Source: Hydrolagus colliei (taxonomy: Eukaryota). Taken from it: a stretch of 64,000 nt of DNA. Location: the NCBI GenBank assembly GCA_035084275.1, contig CM068742.1, forward strand, positions 46,190,001-46,254,000, written 5' to 3'. Position numbers and translations under genes: made by a program. The notes under the pieces were generated by a model that worked only from the letters and a program-made list of their open reading frames with translations, was not told the DNA's origin and ran no database searches. Positions 24,223-35,907 of this stretch are shown piece after piece; positions within the stretch are counted from its first letter, which is position 1; every line of letters begins with the position of its first letter.

Positions 24223-25602
24223 GTAAGTACATTTAAAGCAATCTTTGCTCATTTGGTGCTTACAATCACCGAACACCATTCTCCCAGCTGAGGGAGCACA
24301 CCCACAGCATTGTACCATTTAGGTGCTATGCTGCCTGGCTCCAAACTGACAGTGTTCATGTAAACATAAGTGTTTTTAGCACAGAAGAAAACTGTGTCTG
24401 TGTTTGTGCCAGTGCTAACTCTGTTTTTTCTAATTATCCTCTTTCATTTTTTCCACTTTCCAGTTCTTTCCCCAGTATCCCTAATGTTTTATACCAGTGA
24501 ATTGTTTCAATAATTAGTTTTTAATAATAATAATAATAATCTGGTCACTTCAATCCACGACTGTTTGTGGGACGCTGTTATGTGCAATTAGCCGCCGTAT
24601 TTCGCCCACAAAGTCATTTAACTTCATAGTATATTCTGTGAATCACTTTGAGACGTCTAGAAGACGTGAAATGCGCTATATCAAATGCAAGGATTATTAT
24701 TATTGTTCCAATGCAAATTGTCGTGTGAAAGTGTTGCCATCATCCAGAAATCAGCCTTGATGATGCCCTGTACACTGCCCCGCATGCCCCGCATGTTGAC
24801 ACTAGAGAAAACAGTGACCTTCTGGTTCTGTGTGTCAGTGGAGCAGCTTCTTGATTAACTGGCCTAACAGAGAAAGCTTCCCACCCATCATGTGCATTCC
24901 ACATAAGCAGGAACAAGATTTATTCTGTATTCAACCATCCAATCTAAACCTGCACTGCAGGATAAACATATGTGGGTTAAATCCTGCTAGTGGTGAAATG
25001 AACTATTACAATTTCGGTATTAACGCAGGATCCAAAAAATAGCTTGGATAGACAATGTAGTGAGGTCCACTGGACCATCTGAACAAACCTCCCCCTCGGT
25101 TTGGTGAATAAAATGTGACTGTTGCCATCAAGTTTTCCATTATCGGTTATTTGTCAGTCACTACTAAACTCAGATTGTCTGACACTTCATAACTTCAAGC
25201 GCTCCGGGACGTCACATGAAGGACTATATAAAAGCAAGTTATTGTTAATGGTGATACCCCCACCACCCCACCCCCCACCACCAAAATAAGCTTTATGGTT
25301 CACTCTCTTTTCAGTTAAATTGTCATTTCCTAGCTGCTTTCCGAAAAATATACTCAGGGGAAGAATCTATTTTGCAAATAAGATTTGCAGAGCTGGCAAA
25401 CTGTGGCCAAACTATAACTGTTCAAAACTATAGCTCTTTTTGGAAATAGAATAACATCAATTGCAGAAACCTGAAGATACAATCTGAGGATTTATGTGTT
25501 TGTGTGCAAATAGTAAACATCAAATATGCATATCTGTAATAATTAAACACATTTGCTGGGCATCAGGCTTACACACATACGACTAGTGAGAATGTACCAG
25601 CA

Positions 25603-25908
25603 AAAACGCAAAATACTGCAGATGCTGGAAATCTGAAACAAAAACAGAAGTCATTGGGAACACTCAACAGGTCAGGCAGCATCTATGGAGAAAGGAAAAG
25701 TGAGTCAACGTTTCGGGTCAATGACTTTTCAGCAGAACTGGAGCATGTAGGGATTAAGGATTAACAGAGAGGCGGGGAGGCAGGGCAAGGAAGACAAAGG
25801 AGAAAATGGGGTGGAGGGCAGGAAATGATGGGATAAAGAGGTGTTAATGTTGTGAAACAAAAGGGGGAATTGCAACAAAACTGGAGAGAAGAGGTATTAA
25901 TAATGTTG
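25603..25908 (-). mobile_element. Second Penelope-type element, single arm, decayed hammerhead
   Basis: 13-bp TSD gaatgtaccagca (25590-602, 25909-21); clearly homologous to the 15.5-kb element; minus strand CTGCTGA...GACCCGAAACGTTGACT at 25703-39. Confidence 0.75.
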
Positions 25909-26845
25909 GAATGTACCAGCAGTTTATGAGACTCTTCAGGACTCAGAGCAGAAACAGAATTCATTATGTTCCTGTGTTCATACATAATCTCAAATCTGAA
26001 TGAAGTTGGGACTTCATGTGAGGCAGTAGTTAGCCACTTGGGGGCAGCATGCTACCTTTTTCACATACACTTCTCTATTAAGCTGCGGTTTTCTGCTAAT
26101 CTTCATTTTAGTAAAAAATGTTGCTTTGCACTTCATCAGAAGAACCCAAAGGTTATTGATGCAGAATCATCATAATAATAATAATCCTTGCATTTGATAT
26201 AGCCCTTTTCAGGTCTTCTGGAAATCTCAAGGCGTTTCTCAAAATACTTCACATTTGTTAAATAGATTTTTTATAAATCCTCAAGGAAGAGGGACGATGA
26301 CCTGAAAATGTTACTGCGCAGGACAGGAGAACATTGAGTTAATGACTATTGTAATTATACACTGGTAAACCTAGTCAAGGCTGATAATTCCTTAACCACA
26401 TTCAAGGCCATTTGCCGCATTTCTATTTGTTTTTCTTGTCAATTCATTGCTCTCATGCAAGTGTTTCCTTCTGCTGGAGTATAGTCCCATGTGTACGCTA
26501 CATGATCCAAATGGGCATTCTTCATGTATGAGTCTTGACGTTAAGCATTATGAGGCAGTGAGGCAGGAGGGGATGAATATCACAGCCATACCTGATTTGT
26601 TCCATACCTGTGGAGGGTCACTGGAAATGATCAGGAGCAGGAACGCTGGCTGATGGTCCCTCTCTAACCCAGGTGGCTGAAACCAAAGGTAATATCCCTG
26701 TTGCAAAGGCCAAGTTGAGGTTAGTTAAGTCTTGATGTGGAATTGCATTTAGGATCTACCCTGTATGGTTTAGCTACTTACTGAATAAACTTGCTGAGCC
26801 ATCAGAAGAGCTAATCAAAGCTCCTTTAGGGAAAGATTTGAATAG

Positions 26846-27157
26846 AATAATAAACCATGCATTTTTGATATAGCGCTTTTCACATCTTCAAAACGTCTCA
26901 AAGCGCTTCACAGTATATACTGTAAAGTGAATTGACTGTATATTTGTCAGCAAAACTCAGCAGCCAATTGCACAAAGCAGTGTCCCACAAACAGTTGTGG
27001 ATTGAAATGACCAATTTATTATTGTTTTTCTTGAGGGATTATTATGAGTTGTGTGGAGTAAGGAAACTTGCCCAAGGTTTTGACTTGACCTGCTGAGAAT
27101 CAAACCCAGGTCTCTTGCCTACGAGGCGAGTGCTCTGGCCACTGAGCTACAGGATCC
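26846..27157 (-). mobile_element. Full-length tRNA-derived SINE
   Basis: Reverse complement of the 14459 family from head to tail. Confidence 0.88.
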
Positions 27158-28149
27158 ATAAAGCTCTCAGTGTTTCTACTGCACTGGTATGTAAGTGACT
27201 TTCCTGGTGAAAACCTGGTATGCACTTCTTAAGATATGCGCTGTGATTAAGTAACTATTGATCTGGGATAACTGATTTGACGTTTCTTTGATCAGCCGGG
27301 TGTCTGCCTTATGTCGAAACCCATCACTGCGTTAGAGGATCCAAACCAAACTGAGATTTCTATGCATCCCACCTGCACATGGAAATTCCAGAGATAGATT
27401 GCTGGAATAGAATGCACTCTCTCCTTGGAGGGATGCATCCAGCCTACCCAATACTGGAATATTGGGTACAAATTGGCAAAAGCCAAGGCTTGAGGGACCC
27501 CAGAGTGTGACCTTGAAGTGTTGGATTACTTCACAACACAAAATCGTTGACATAAAGTTGTTAAAGGATCTAGAGAAAAGGCAGGAAGGTGGGATTAAAG
27601 CTCTGCCTCGGTCTGATAAACCGATAGAACAGGATAAGTGGGTTCAGTGACCTCTTGTTGTTCCCATGAATAACTGTTTCAGCAGCTTGAGACGTCCTCC
27701 CGGGCTGAAGGACACCCTATACCTGTAAATCTATATTACATTGATAAATTGTGTCAGCCAAATTATCCTTAAATACATCAACTGAACATACCTGACCAAC
27801 AATTCCTCTCTCCACCCCCCAAAAAAAATTGTACATTCAGTACATGACTGTTTATAAGACATGCTGGACAACAAATGCACAGTCACTACATTTTACAATA
27901 AAATACTGTGATGTGTTTTGAGACATCTTGACATGGTAATAAGGTACTATATCAAATGCAAGGATTGCAATACACCTTCATGAACCTTGCTATTGAGTTC
28001 TCTTCATTGACTTGGTTTATCAGTTTTGTGGGATTACCTTGCTGGGGTCTAAGACTCCAGGCTTATTTTCAGATGTTACCTTCTGCTAAATAACTGTTAG
28101 TTATTTCCTCTTGTCCTTTGCACTCCCAGTTCTTTCCTGGTTGGGATTT

Positions 28150-28225
28150 CAGCGCCTTGGGACGTCCTCCTGACGTGAAAGGCACTCTGTAAATGTAATT
28201 TTGTTGTTGTTGTTGTTGTTGTTAT
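28150..28225 (+). mobile_element. L2 tail-only insertion (representative copy)
   Basis: cagcgccttgggacgtcctcctgacgtgaaaggc...aaatgtaatttt(gtt)n; more than ten similar short copies in the window. Confidence 0.8.
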
Positions 28226-28745
28226 TGGCTCACTCTTTTCTTTGTCACTTTTCCATCCTTATTTCTTCCTTATTGTTGCCCCCGCTGATCTGGGCCTCTC
28301 TTTCCTCCCTGTCGATGTGAATCAATGGCTGATTGAGCAGAGGCTAAGGTTCCAATATCTCAATTACCTAAATTGGATTGTACAGCAGTTGTTTTAGGGT
28401 GCCAACCATCTCACCTGCATACAAACTAAATTCAGGACATTATTTTGATTGTACCGAGAAGCTGTTCAGAAAATTAATTCTGCATCATGAACAGCAATGA
28501 AACAAGCAGACATCGGGAGTCCTGTCAAAACACACAAATCAAAGCACTGGTGGTGCTCTCAGAGTTACTTTGCTGGTTATGCAGCACATATCACTAGACA
28601 GCTTATTCTAAGGCTTAACACTTTCTCAATTTAATCAATAAATATCAGTGCTTATTTCCAATTTTCTCCAATCGAGTAGTTTAATTGCTTTGTTAAAACA
28701 TAGGGATAGAAAAAAAATTATATAACTTTTAACATACTTATAATC

Positions 28746-28776
28746 AGATTCTCCAATAATTGTTTTTCTTGCAGTG
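28746..28776 (+). repeat. Exact 31-nt copy of 29581-29611
   Basis: agattctccaataattgtttttcttgcagtg occurs identically at both positions. Confidence 0.95.
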
Positions 28777-29194
28777 CGTGTGCCAATTTTTGGGAACCAT
28801 ACCTGCTGTCCAAAATAGGCGTAAATCAGTGCACACTAGTGCTGGGTAAAGGGGACATTTATTTTAGGAGTAACACATACGCAGAGATACTGCATCTTTC
28901 AGGTGTTCACTGTCAGCAAAGTTTCATACCTGCACAATTTAAAAACTTGACAGGCCTGAGATGTATATAATTCAATTCTCGAGTGGGACTTTCTTTACGC
29001 TATCATTTACACGAATAAGACATCACAAACCTGGATTGTCGCTGACAGTGCAGAGTTGTTATCAATTGCATTGGACATCACTGCTGTTTAAATGCAGTTC
29101 AAGTGTGAAATTGCACACCTCATCTCACTGCACAGTCACTGATAAAATAGTTCTAAGCCTAGGTGTGAGTGTACATCTGCGTGAGTGGCCATGA

Positions 29195-29578
<384 letters not shown>

Positions 29579-32500
29579 TAAGATTCTCCAATAATTGTTT
29601 TTCTTGCAGTGTGTGTGTGCTCTACATTACAGGGGAAAAGTTGGGGGGGGGGGAGGGGGGCGGGGGGAGGGAGGGTTCTACATTATATGTACCGTGTGTG
29701 GAAAATAAGTCAGGTACTCTGTTTTGTAAAAGTACTTTTAACTTGCCTCAGTGATATAAGGTAAACGTAAAATGCTGAGATTACAGTTTAGCACTTGAGT
29801 TGTACAAAAAAAAACTTGTACAATGTAGATTTTACCGCTAACTCTTTTTCATTGCTGTGCTCCCTTGCAAAATGTATGTTACAATAGATAGTGTCATGTT
29901 GCAGGTTCAACGTATTTACATGTAAATAGCAGATTAAAAGGAAACGTTTGCCAGAACTGGCAGATTTTTGCCGAGAAAGAAAGAGCAGCTGTGTTATGCA
30001 ACAAAAACAAAAAAAGAATCTATATATATATAAATATAGTTGACAGGCCCAGGAATATGGGTGACCGTTCTCAAAAAAATGGAAGTTGGTTGGATGGCTG
30101 ACACCTCCATACATACTAACAGCAAAAAAGGCACATCGGTGGAGTATGGAACTTAGTAAATGAATCAAAGTCATTTGGAAGAGACCATACTATGAGAGCA
30201 ATGGAAAGTGTTAATAGGTGGAAAAAGTCTGAGATCTGGGTCTGTTTAACATTTTAAGTGGGGGAAAAAAAAGATGTACATTACATTTTGCTTATATTTT
30301 CATATGAAAGCAAAGAAAAAATGTTTGCAAAGCATTTGTGGCTTTTTGTAGTTTACTTAAGCCAAAATGTTTTTTTTTCTGATAGCTTCGCTGGTATTTT
30401 AAACAGTCCTGAAAAAAATAATGGAATTGGGCTTTTCGTATGGAAGCACTACCCTAAGCCATGAAAAAAAACTCCATGCTTTGCTAACCAAGATAACTGT
30501 TTTCTCTTTGTAGAGTTTTGTTTTTGAAATGTGTATTTCTAATTATATAAAAATAATATTAAGAAAATCTTTTAAAATCTGTGAAATTAACATGCTTGTG
30601 TATAGCTTTCTAATATATATTAATTATGGTCATAGCAAACATTGTTTTGGTTATCTTATTAGTGAGGGCGGGGAGGGAGTATTTGTGCTGATGCACGTTT
30701 CAGTAACTAAAGGGAGTGAAATTGTCCTTGCTGCTAAGTGTAACGACGGTATGAGGAAATATTGGGGGACAAAAACCCATGACAAGTAAACTTTGGCAAA
30801 GTCGTCTCACATAGTGGAAAGAGAAATTTCTCTCCCCAAAATCTTTGAATCTCTTCTGCACATGTTTTTTTTGCAGAATCAGAGTTGACTGTGTTCAGTA
30901 TAAAGAGGTTAACCAGTTGGGAGGACTGGATTGGTATGTATTTTAGAGTTTGTTACTGTTTAGGAATAATATCATGGAAAGGAGTGGGGCTGCCTGGCAT
31001 TTTCAGCACAAGGGGGAAGTTTCAGAAGCATCCTGGTCACTATATTCTACAATATGCATCATTTGTCCCATCTGTCGTAAACCTGACTCAATTACTTTGA
31101 AAGGTTGGTCAGTTGTTTGAATTTGGGTGTTTTCCAAACAGAATTCACGAGTCTCAAGAATTACTAGCATTACTAGCAATGTTGCATTTCAGTTTTTTTT
31201 CTAAATTTACTTTAATTTATTTGTGTTAAGACACTTTTCCGCCCGCCCGCCCTCCCTCTCCCTTCCCCGGGTACCCAGACACAACTTGATCAAGATGCAT
31301 TTGATGTGCGCACATGACGTGTGCTGATTCAGATTTAGAACTGTCCCCTTTATGCACCATAGTGTTGAAGGTTAATCCATTGTCAATGCTTCAATCCCAG
31401 AGGACTGTTTGTAATAGCATGATTATGTGGTTTTAAAAGGCAGGTATCCACTCACTAGATAAAGTAAAGGAATGGCAGGCAGCCACAATCTCCAAACACT
31501 ATTTTAATTCATCACTTTGTTTTCAAAAAAGGTAAAAGATCAATTTTATTTAGAGACTGAGCAAGTAGGAAACATTGTTTTGGCAGCGGCAACAACAACA
31601 AAATTACATTTGTATAGCAGCAGTTCACATCCACAATTTTATTATTTTTAAAGTGAGAAGCACAAGTTCATTCACATAGGTCACTCCTTTCTTTACCTTC
31701 AATCTCTACTTGCTGTTATCCAAGTGTTATAGTTTTGCTGTATATTTGACCACAGTGCTAATTCTTGTTTAGCAATTAATTTCTGTGCTGTTAAGAAATA
31801 CGGGGCAGCGCCCCATGTATATTATCATTTACTCACACAGCTCATTGGCTAACAGATTTAGGCAATGTTCTTTACTGCGACACAAAAGGTCAGTGGCATT
31901 TTCTTGGGGGCACTTAAGTTATTTTTTTCCATGAACTTCAAAAAGGCTTGTTACTATTCTGCGCAGAGTGAGAGCAAAGTAATTTACTGATATATTGATG
32001 TTTGCATTGCTTTACTGCTGCCAGTGACTTGAGTTGACATATCAGGGCTAGCAGATGTCACACAGTAAGAGCTGAGATAGTGAAAATATCAGCAAACCAG
32101 ATCAGCTTTGACAGAATATTCTGCAAAATCCACTATTCTACCTCTAAAAGAGTTTTATGATAAGTGGGGCTAGTCTATAATTTTATGTTGTTCCAATGAA
32201 ATATTTTCAAAGGCCCTTGTAAAATGGTCACACCATCAAAACATATTGCATTCTGGAAAGTATTCTTCAGAAGAAAGTCAACTAGACGAATATAATTCAA
32301 AATGTAATAGTGTTTTTTTATATTAAAGTTTATTTTTAAGTTTGATAAAATATATATTTAGTTGCTCTTTAAAATAGTCTTTTTTGACATGGAAACATCG
32401 AATCCAAAATAGATTTACACCTGTAACACCACTTATCGACCTTCATAAAATCTACTCCTTAAGATCTGGCTTTATGAGAAACACCTTTATTTTCACCAAT

Positions 32501-33346
32501 TAAAAATAAGTGTTCCTGAAAGCCACAATGTTGCTCAAAAAAGACTATTGCCTAAAAAAAGTGCTTCGACTTTTCTTGTTTGTGCCATCTGCTGTGTATA
32601 ATGTGACATTTTTCATCTGATGCTGGTTTCCTGCCATTACAGAGTTCTGGAAAGACTGAATAAGTAATGTTTATTAAGAATGCTTCGAAATGTAGGTTAT
32701 GGTAAAGGCTTTTGTTAATATTTTAACCAAAGATGTGGAGCAATCCAGGCTTTAGCCACAGTTTTTGCAAATATGCTTCTCTAAGCTTTCTTTGTTTTTA
32801 ATCTTTTAGTTCAAGTAATATATATATATACTGTATATATATATTGCTTTCCCTGTTCATACCTCAAATTTGTCCATACCTCAAAACAGTTTGAAGAGGT
32901 CAGTTCTCTAAGCAATGAAATACGGTACCAGTGCTCAATATGAAGGAACTGTTGTAAACTGCAGGCCTGGATTGCTTTGGAAGGGACAAGTATTATTGAA
33001 CTGAAACAGACTTGGATTGCTCCAGCTGGTTTGCTGTTATTTTTTTCTGAGGATTTGTTTCCATTATACAACAGTAATATGAAACGATTGCTTGTGAATG
33101 GGGGAAATGTGGACGTTTGCAGCAAAAATAAAGAGGCTCACAGCGGCATAAGCTGGACTTTGTCGCCACTTGATGACAAAAAGATGTTAATAACTAAGTT
33201 AAACTACATCTATGTATCTCAAGGGACTTAATTCAGCTGTCTGTAGTGAAAATTTTTATGGGAAAAATTCAAGTTTCTCTCGCTGGAAATAAGGTATAAT
33301 TTGTATTTTGCAGACAAATCAGTAAAGTTACTGGCTTTCATAGTGA
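29579..33346 (+). other. MEF2C: MEF2C 3'UTR (~3.8 kb)
   Basis: Follows the stop codon; AU-rich and almost repeat-free compared with its flanks. Blocks near 29690-29960 and 33130-33346 resemble the mammalian MEF2C UTR as I recall it (not aligned). End inferred from poly(A) signals. Confidence 0.75.
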
Positions 33347-33417
33347 GTTGATGCCCTTGTGTGATTTATTTTCTCTCTTACATGCAACTACGAGTACACT
33401 TCAGTTAAATAAATAAA
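33321..33417 (+). terminator. Candidate polyadenylation region
   Basis: Variant AGTAAA at 33321-26 with upstream TGTA (33302) and downstream GT/T-rich tract (33347-33378); overlapping AATAAA at 33408 and 33412. Confidence 0.6.
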
Positions 33418-34059
33418 AAAAGTAAGCTAATTATTAGTGCAAGATCAGTGACTGAGAATGTAATTTATGTGATAAGTGCTGCAATCCACTTTGGTATATG
33501 CTATTAGTGACTTTATGACTAAACGGAAGCAATAACTATCTGGGTCTGAACACATATCTATGTTTATATATAAACATATATATAAATATATATGTACATA
33601 CACAAAATATATTTTGCACAACCATCAGTAATTATTCAAACAATTATTATTTAGCAAAAGCTAAGCAAAATTGTACGAGAACATCAACACATAATTTTAA
33701 TTCTATTCAACAAGATAGCATACATGAAGGAGAATGGAATCGAGGGGTATAAAGAGGGGAATATGAAATTGATGGGAGCTTGTTTGGAATGGCCTGTTTA
33801 CATGTTGCTTCATTTGATGTAAATATGTAACTGATAGAAATCAACTATGACTGGATACATTGTTGTGGCGTATAGCAAATGTTAGGGGTGGGGAGAGTTG
33901 ATTGTAGCACAAAGCATGAATCATGATTATAATAGATATTGGTAGATAAAAAGGCAAACAGCATTTTAAGAACTAGTATAATACAGCTTTTAATCTGCTA
34001 ACTTGGTCTAAGAAAAAAATAATTCTGAAGAACAAGTACTTCCACAGCATGGGCAAATT

Positions 34060-34350
34060 AAGAAAAAAAGGTCCAAAACAGAAGGAAAATTAAAATGGAG
34101 AATTACAGAAACCGGTTTAAATAAAAGTTTGTGGAAGCCAAGAGACAACTGGAAAGAGACATAAAAGCAAATGCGAAACATGATACCAACAAAATTCATT
34201 CAATATTTTAACACTAAGAGGATAGTTAGGGGATATGTTAAACACTATGGACCCAAAGTGTGGTTAAAAACAAGGTGAACAGGAGATAGTGAACATATTA
34301 AATCACTTCCATCTTGTAGGGTTTTTACCACTGAAAACAAACCCCGATAT
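34060..34350 (+). mobile_element. Old CR1-like ORF2 fragment (endonuclease-RT linker)
   Basis: Reads EAKRQLERDIKANAKHD, IQYFNTKRIVR, EIVNILNHF, RVFTTEN across frameshifts, like CR1 AKR..E..IA...K.NPK.FF.Y...KR...LN.YF.SVFT.E. Confidence 0.65.
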
Positions 34351-34741
34351 TCACAAAACATTGCTTGAGCTCCGGGACTTGCAGTGTTAACAGGAGCTGA
34401 ATGGAATGACTGGTCTGCCCTTCCAGGTCCTGCCAATTATCCAGGCTGGCTGTGCTATCAGCAGCACTGCCCTGGAATACTGCAAACTCACCTGGCTCTC
34501 GAACCACCAAGGACTGGCTCGATTTCAACATTCCATCATTAGGCATGTCAACTTGGAGCCAGTTTCACCTCCAAGGAGACCCTACCTGAGTTGATGACAA
34601 GCAAAAAAAAAGTTCAGCCCTGAAAGGCGAAGGGAGAAGAATACATAAGCAACTGAAAGGCAAAAGAGAAAGTTTCAACAATACCAACTCAATGCTGAAT
34701 TTGGGGAATGGAAAAGAAAACAGTTGATTTCAGAGGTTTGG

Positions 34742-35044
34742 ATAATAAATAATTATCCTTGTATTTGATATTGAGCTTTTCACATCTTCTAGACGTCTCA
34801 AAGCGCTTCCCAGAGTATACTCTAAGGTGAATTGACTGTAAACATGTGGGTGAATTGCAGCATTCAATTGCACACAGCAATGTCCCACAAACAGTTATGG
34901 ATTTAAATGACCCAATTTTTTTTGAGGGTTTATTATCAGGCACGTGGAGTAAGGAAACTTGCTCACAGGTTCACCCTGCCTGGAATTGAACCCAGGTCTC
35001 TCGATTGTAAGGCAAATAGTCTAACCACTGAGCTACAGGACTCC
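34742..35044 (-). mobile_element. Full-length tRNA-derived SINE
   Basis: Reverse complement of the 14459 family with A and B boxes. Confidence 0.88.
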
Positions 35045-35248
35045 ACATCTCTATCAATTACTTGTAAACTTTACTTTCACAGATATAATAGAAAGAACTT
35101 GGATCAAATCAAATCATAAACACAAAAACAAGTTGAAACTAGTCATCTAGAATGGCCATTGTTTAAGCAATCTTATCTTCTGTGATATCGGAAATTAAAT
35201 CAAAGTAAAAGCCTCCAAGAGAAGAGGTTTGGAAAGTCCTTACTTATA

Positions 35249-35907
35249 CAGTTGGCCCTTGACAAACGCAGCAGTTATGTTCCTGGAAAACAGCGCACTC
35301 GGTAAAATCGCGTTCGGTAAACTTAATAAGTAATGGGAAAAAGGGGATTAGGGGAATCCATCCACAGGCTATCCAACCTCAAGCCTCCAGGCACATCCAC
35401 ACCCGACCAACGCAAGGTACGTACTGAGGCTACAGCCGGCTGGTCCACTCTCTCTGCTCGTCACTCTCCCTGCTCGTCACTCTCCCCGCTCTCACCGACT
35501 CACTGGAGACAATAAAACAGCACCTTACACTACCACAGCTTGGCTAAATTATTTTACCTTTTGTCCTGGAAGTGTTGGGAGACTCTCTCTCTCTCTCTCT
35601 CTGCTTCTTCTGTTTACCATGTAATGCCATCAGGTTGCTCTGAGGCCAAGGAATCATCGGACTTAAGCGGGAGCTGGTGGCATCCTCTCAAGTGTGCATT
35701 GCGTGCGGGGCTGGCGTCCTCCCAAATGCGCATACTTGCGGATCCAGCCAGCTGAGGGATCATTGGACTTAGTTGGGAGCTGCCGGCGTCCTCCCAAATA
35801 CGCGTATTTGCAAATTTACTCGCGTATACATAAAAAAGTGCGCATTTATTTCTTTGCGTATAGGCGAATCCGTACTCGAGAAAGTCGTGTTCAACAAGGG
35901 TTGACTG
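35249..35907. mobile_element. Tigger-like non-autonomous DNA transposon
   Basis: TA|CAGTTGGCCCTTG ... CAAGGGTTGACTG imperfect TIRs; CpG-rich; internal ~110-bp tandem duplication at 35640-35815. Confidence 0.7.

Noticed and set aside
30645-30657. miR-9 gene (tttggttatct)
   Set aside because: Only 11 nt match mature miR-9; the rest and the star arm are absent. No miR-9 hairpin was seen in the window.
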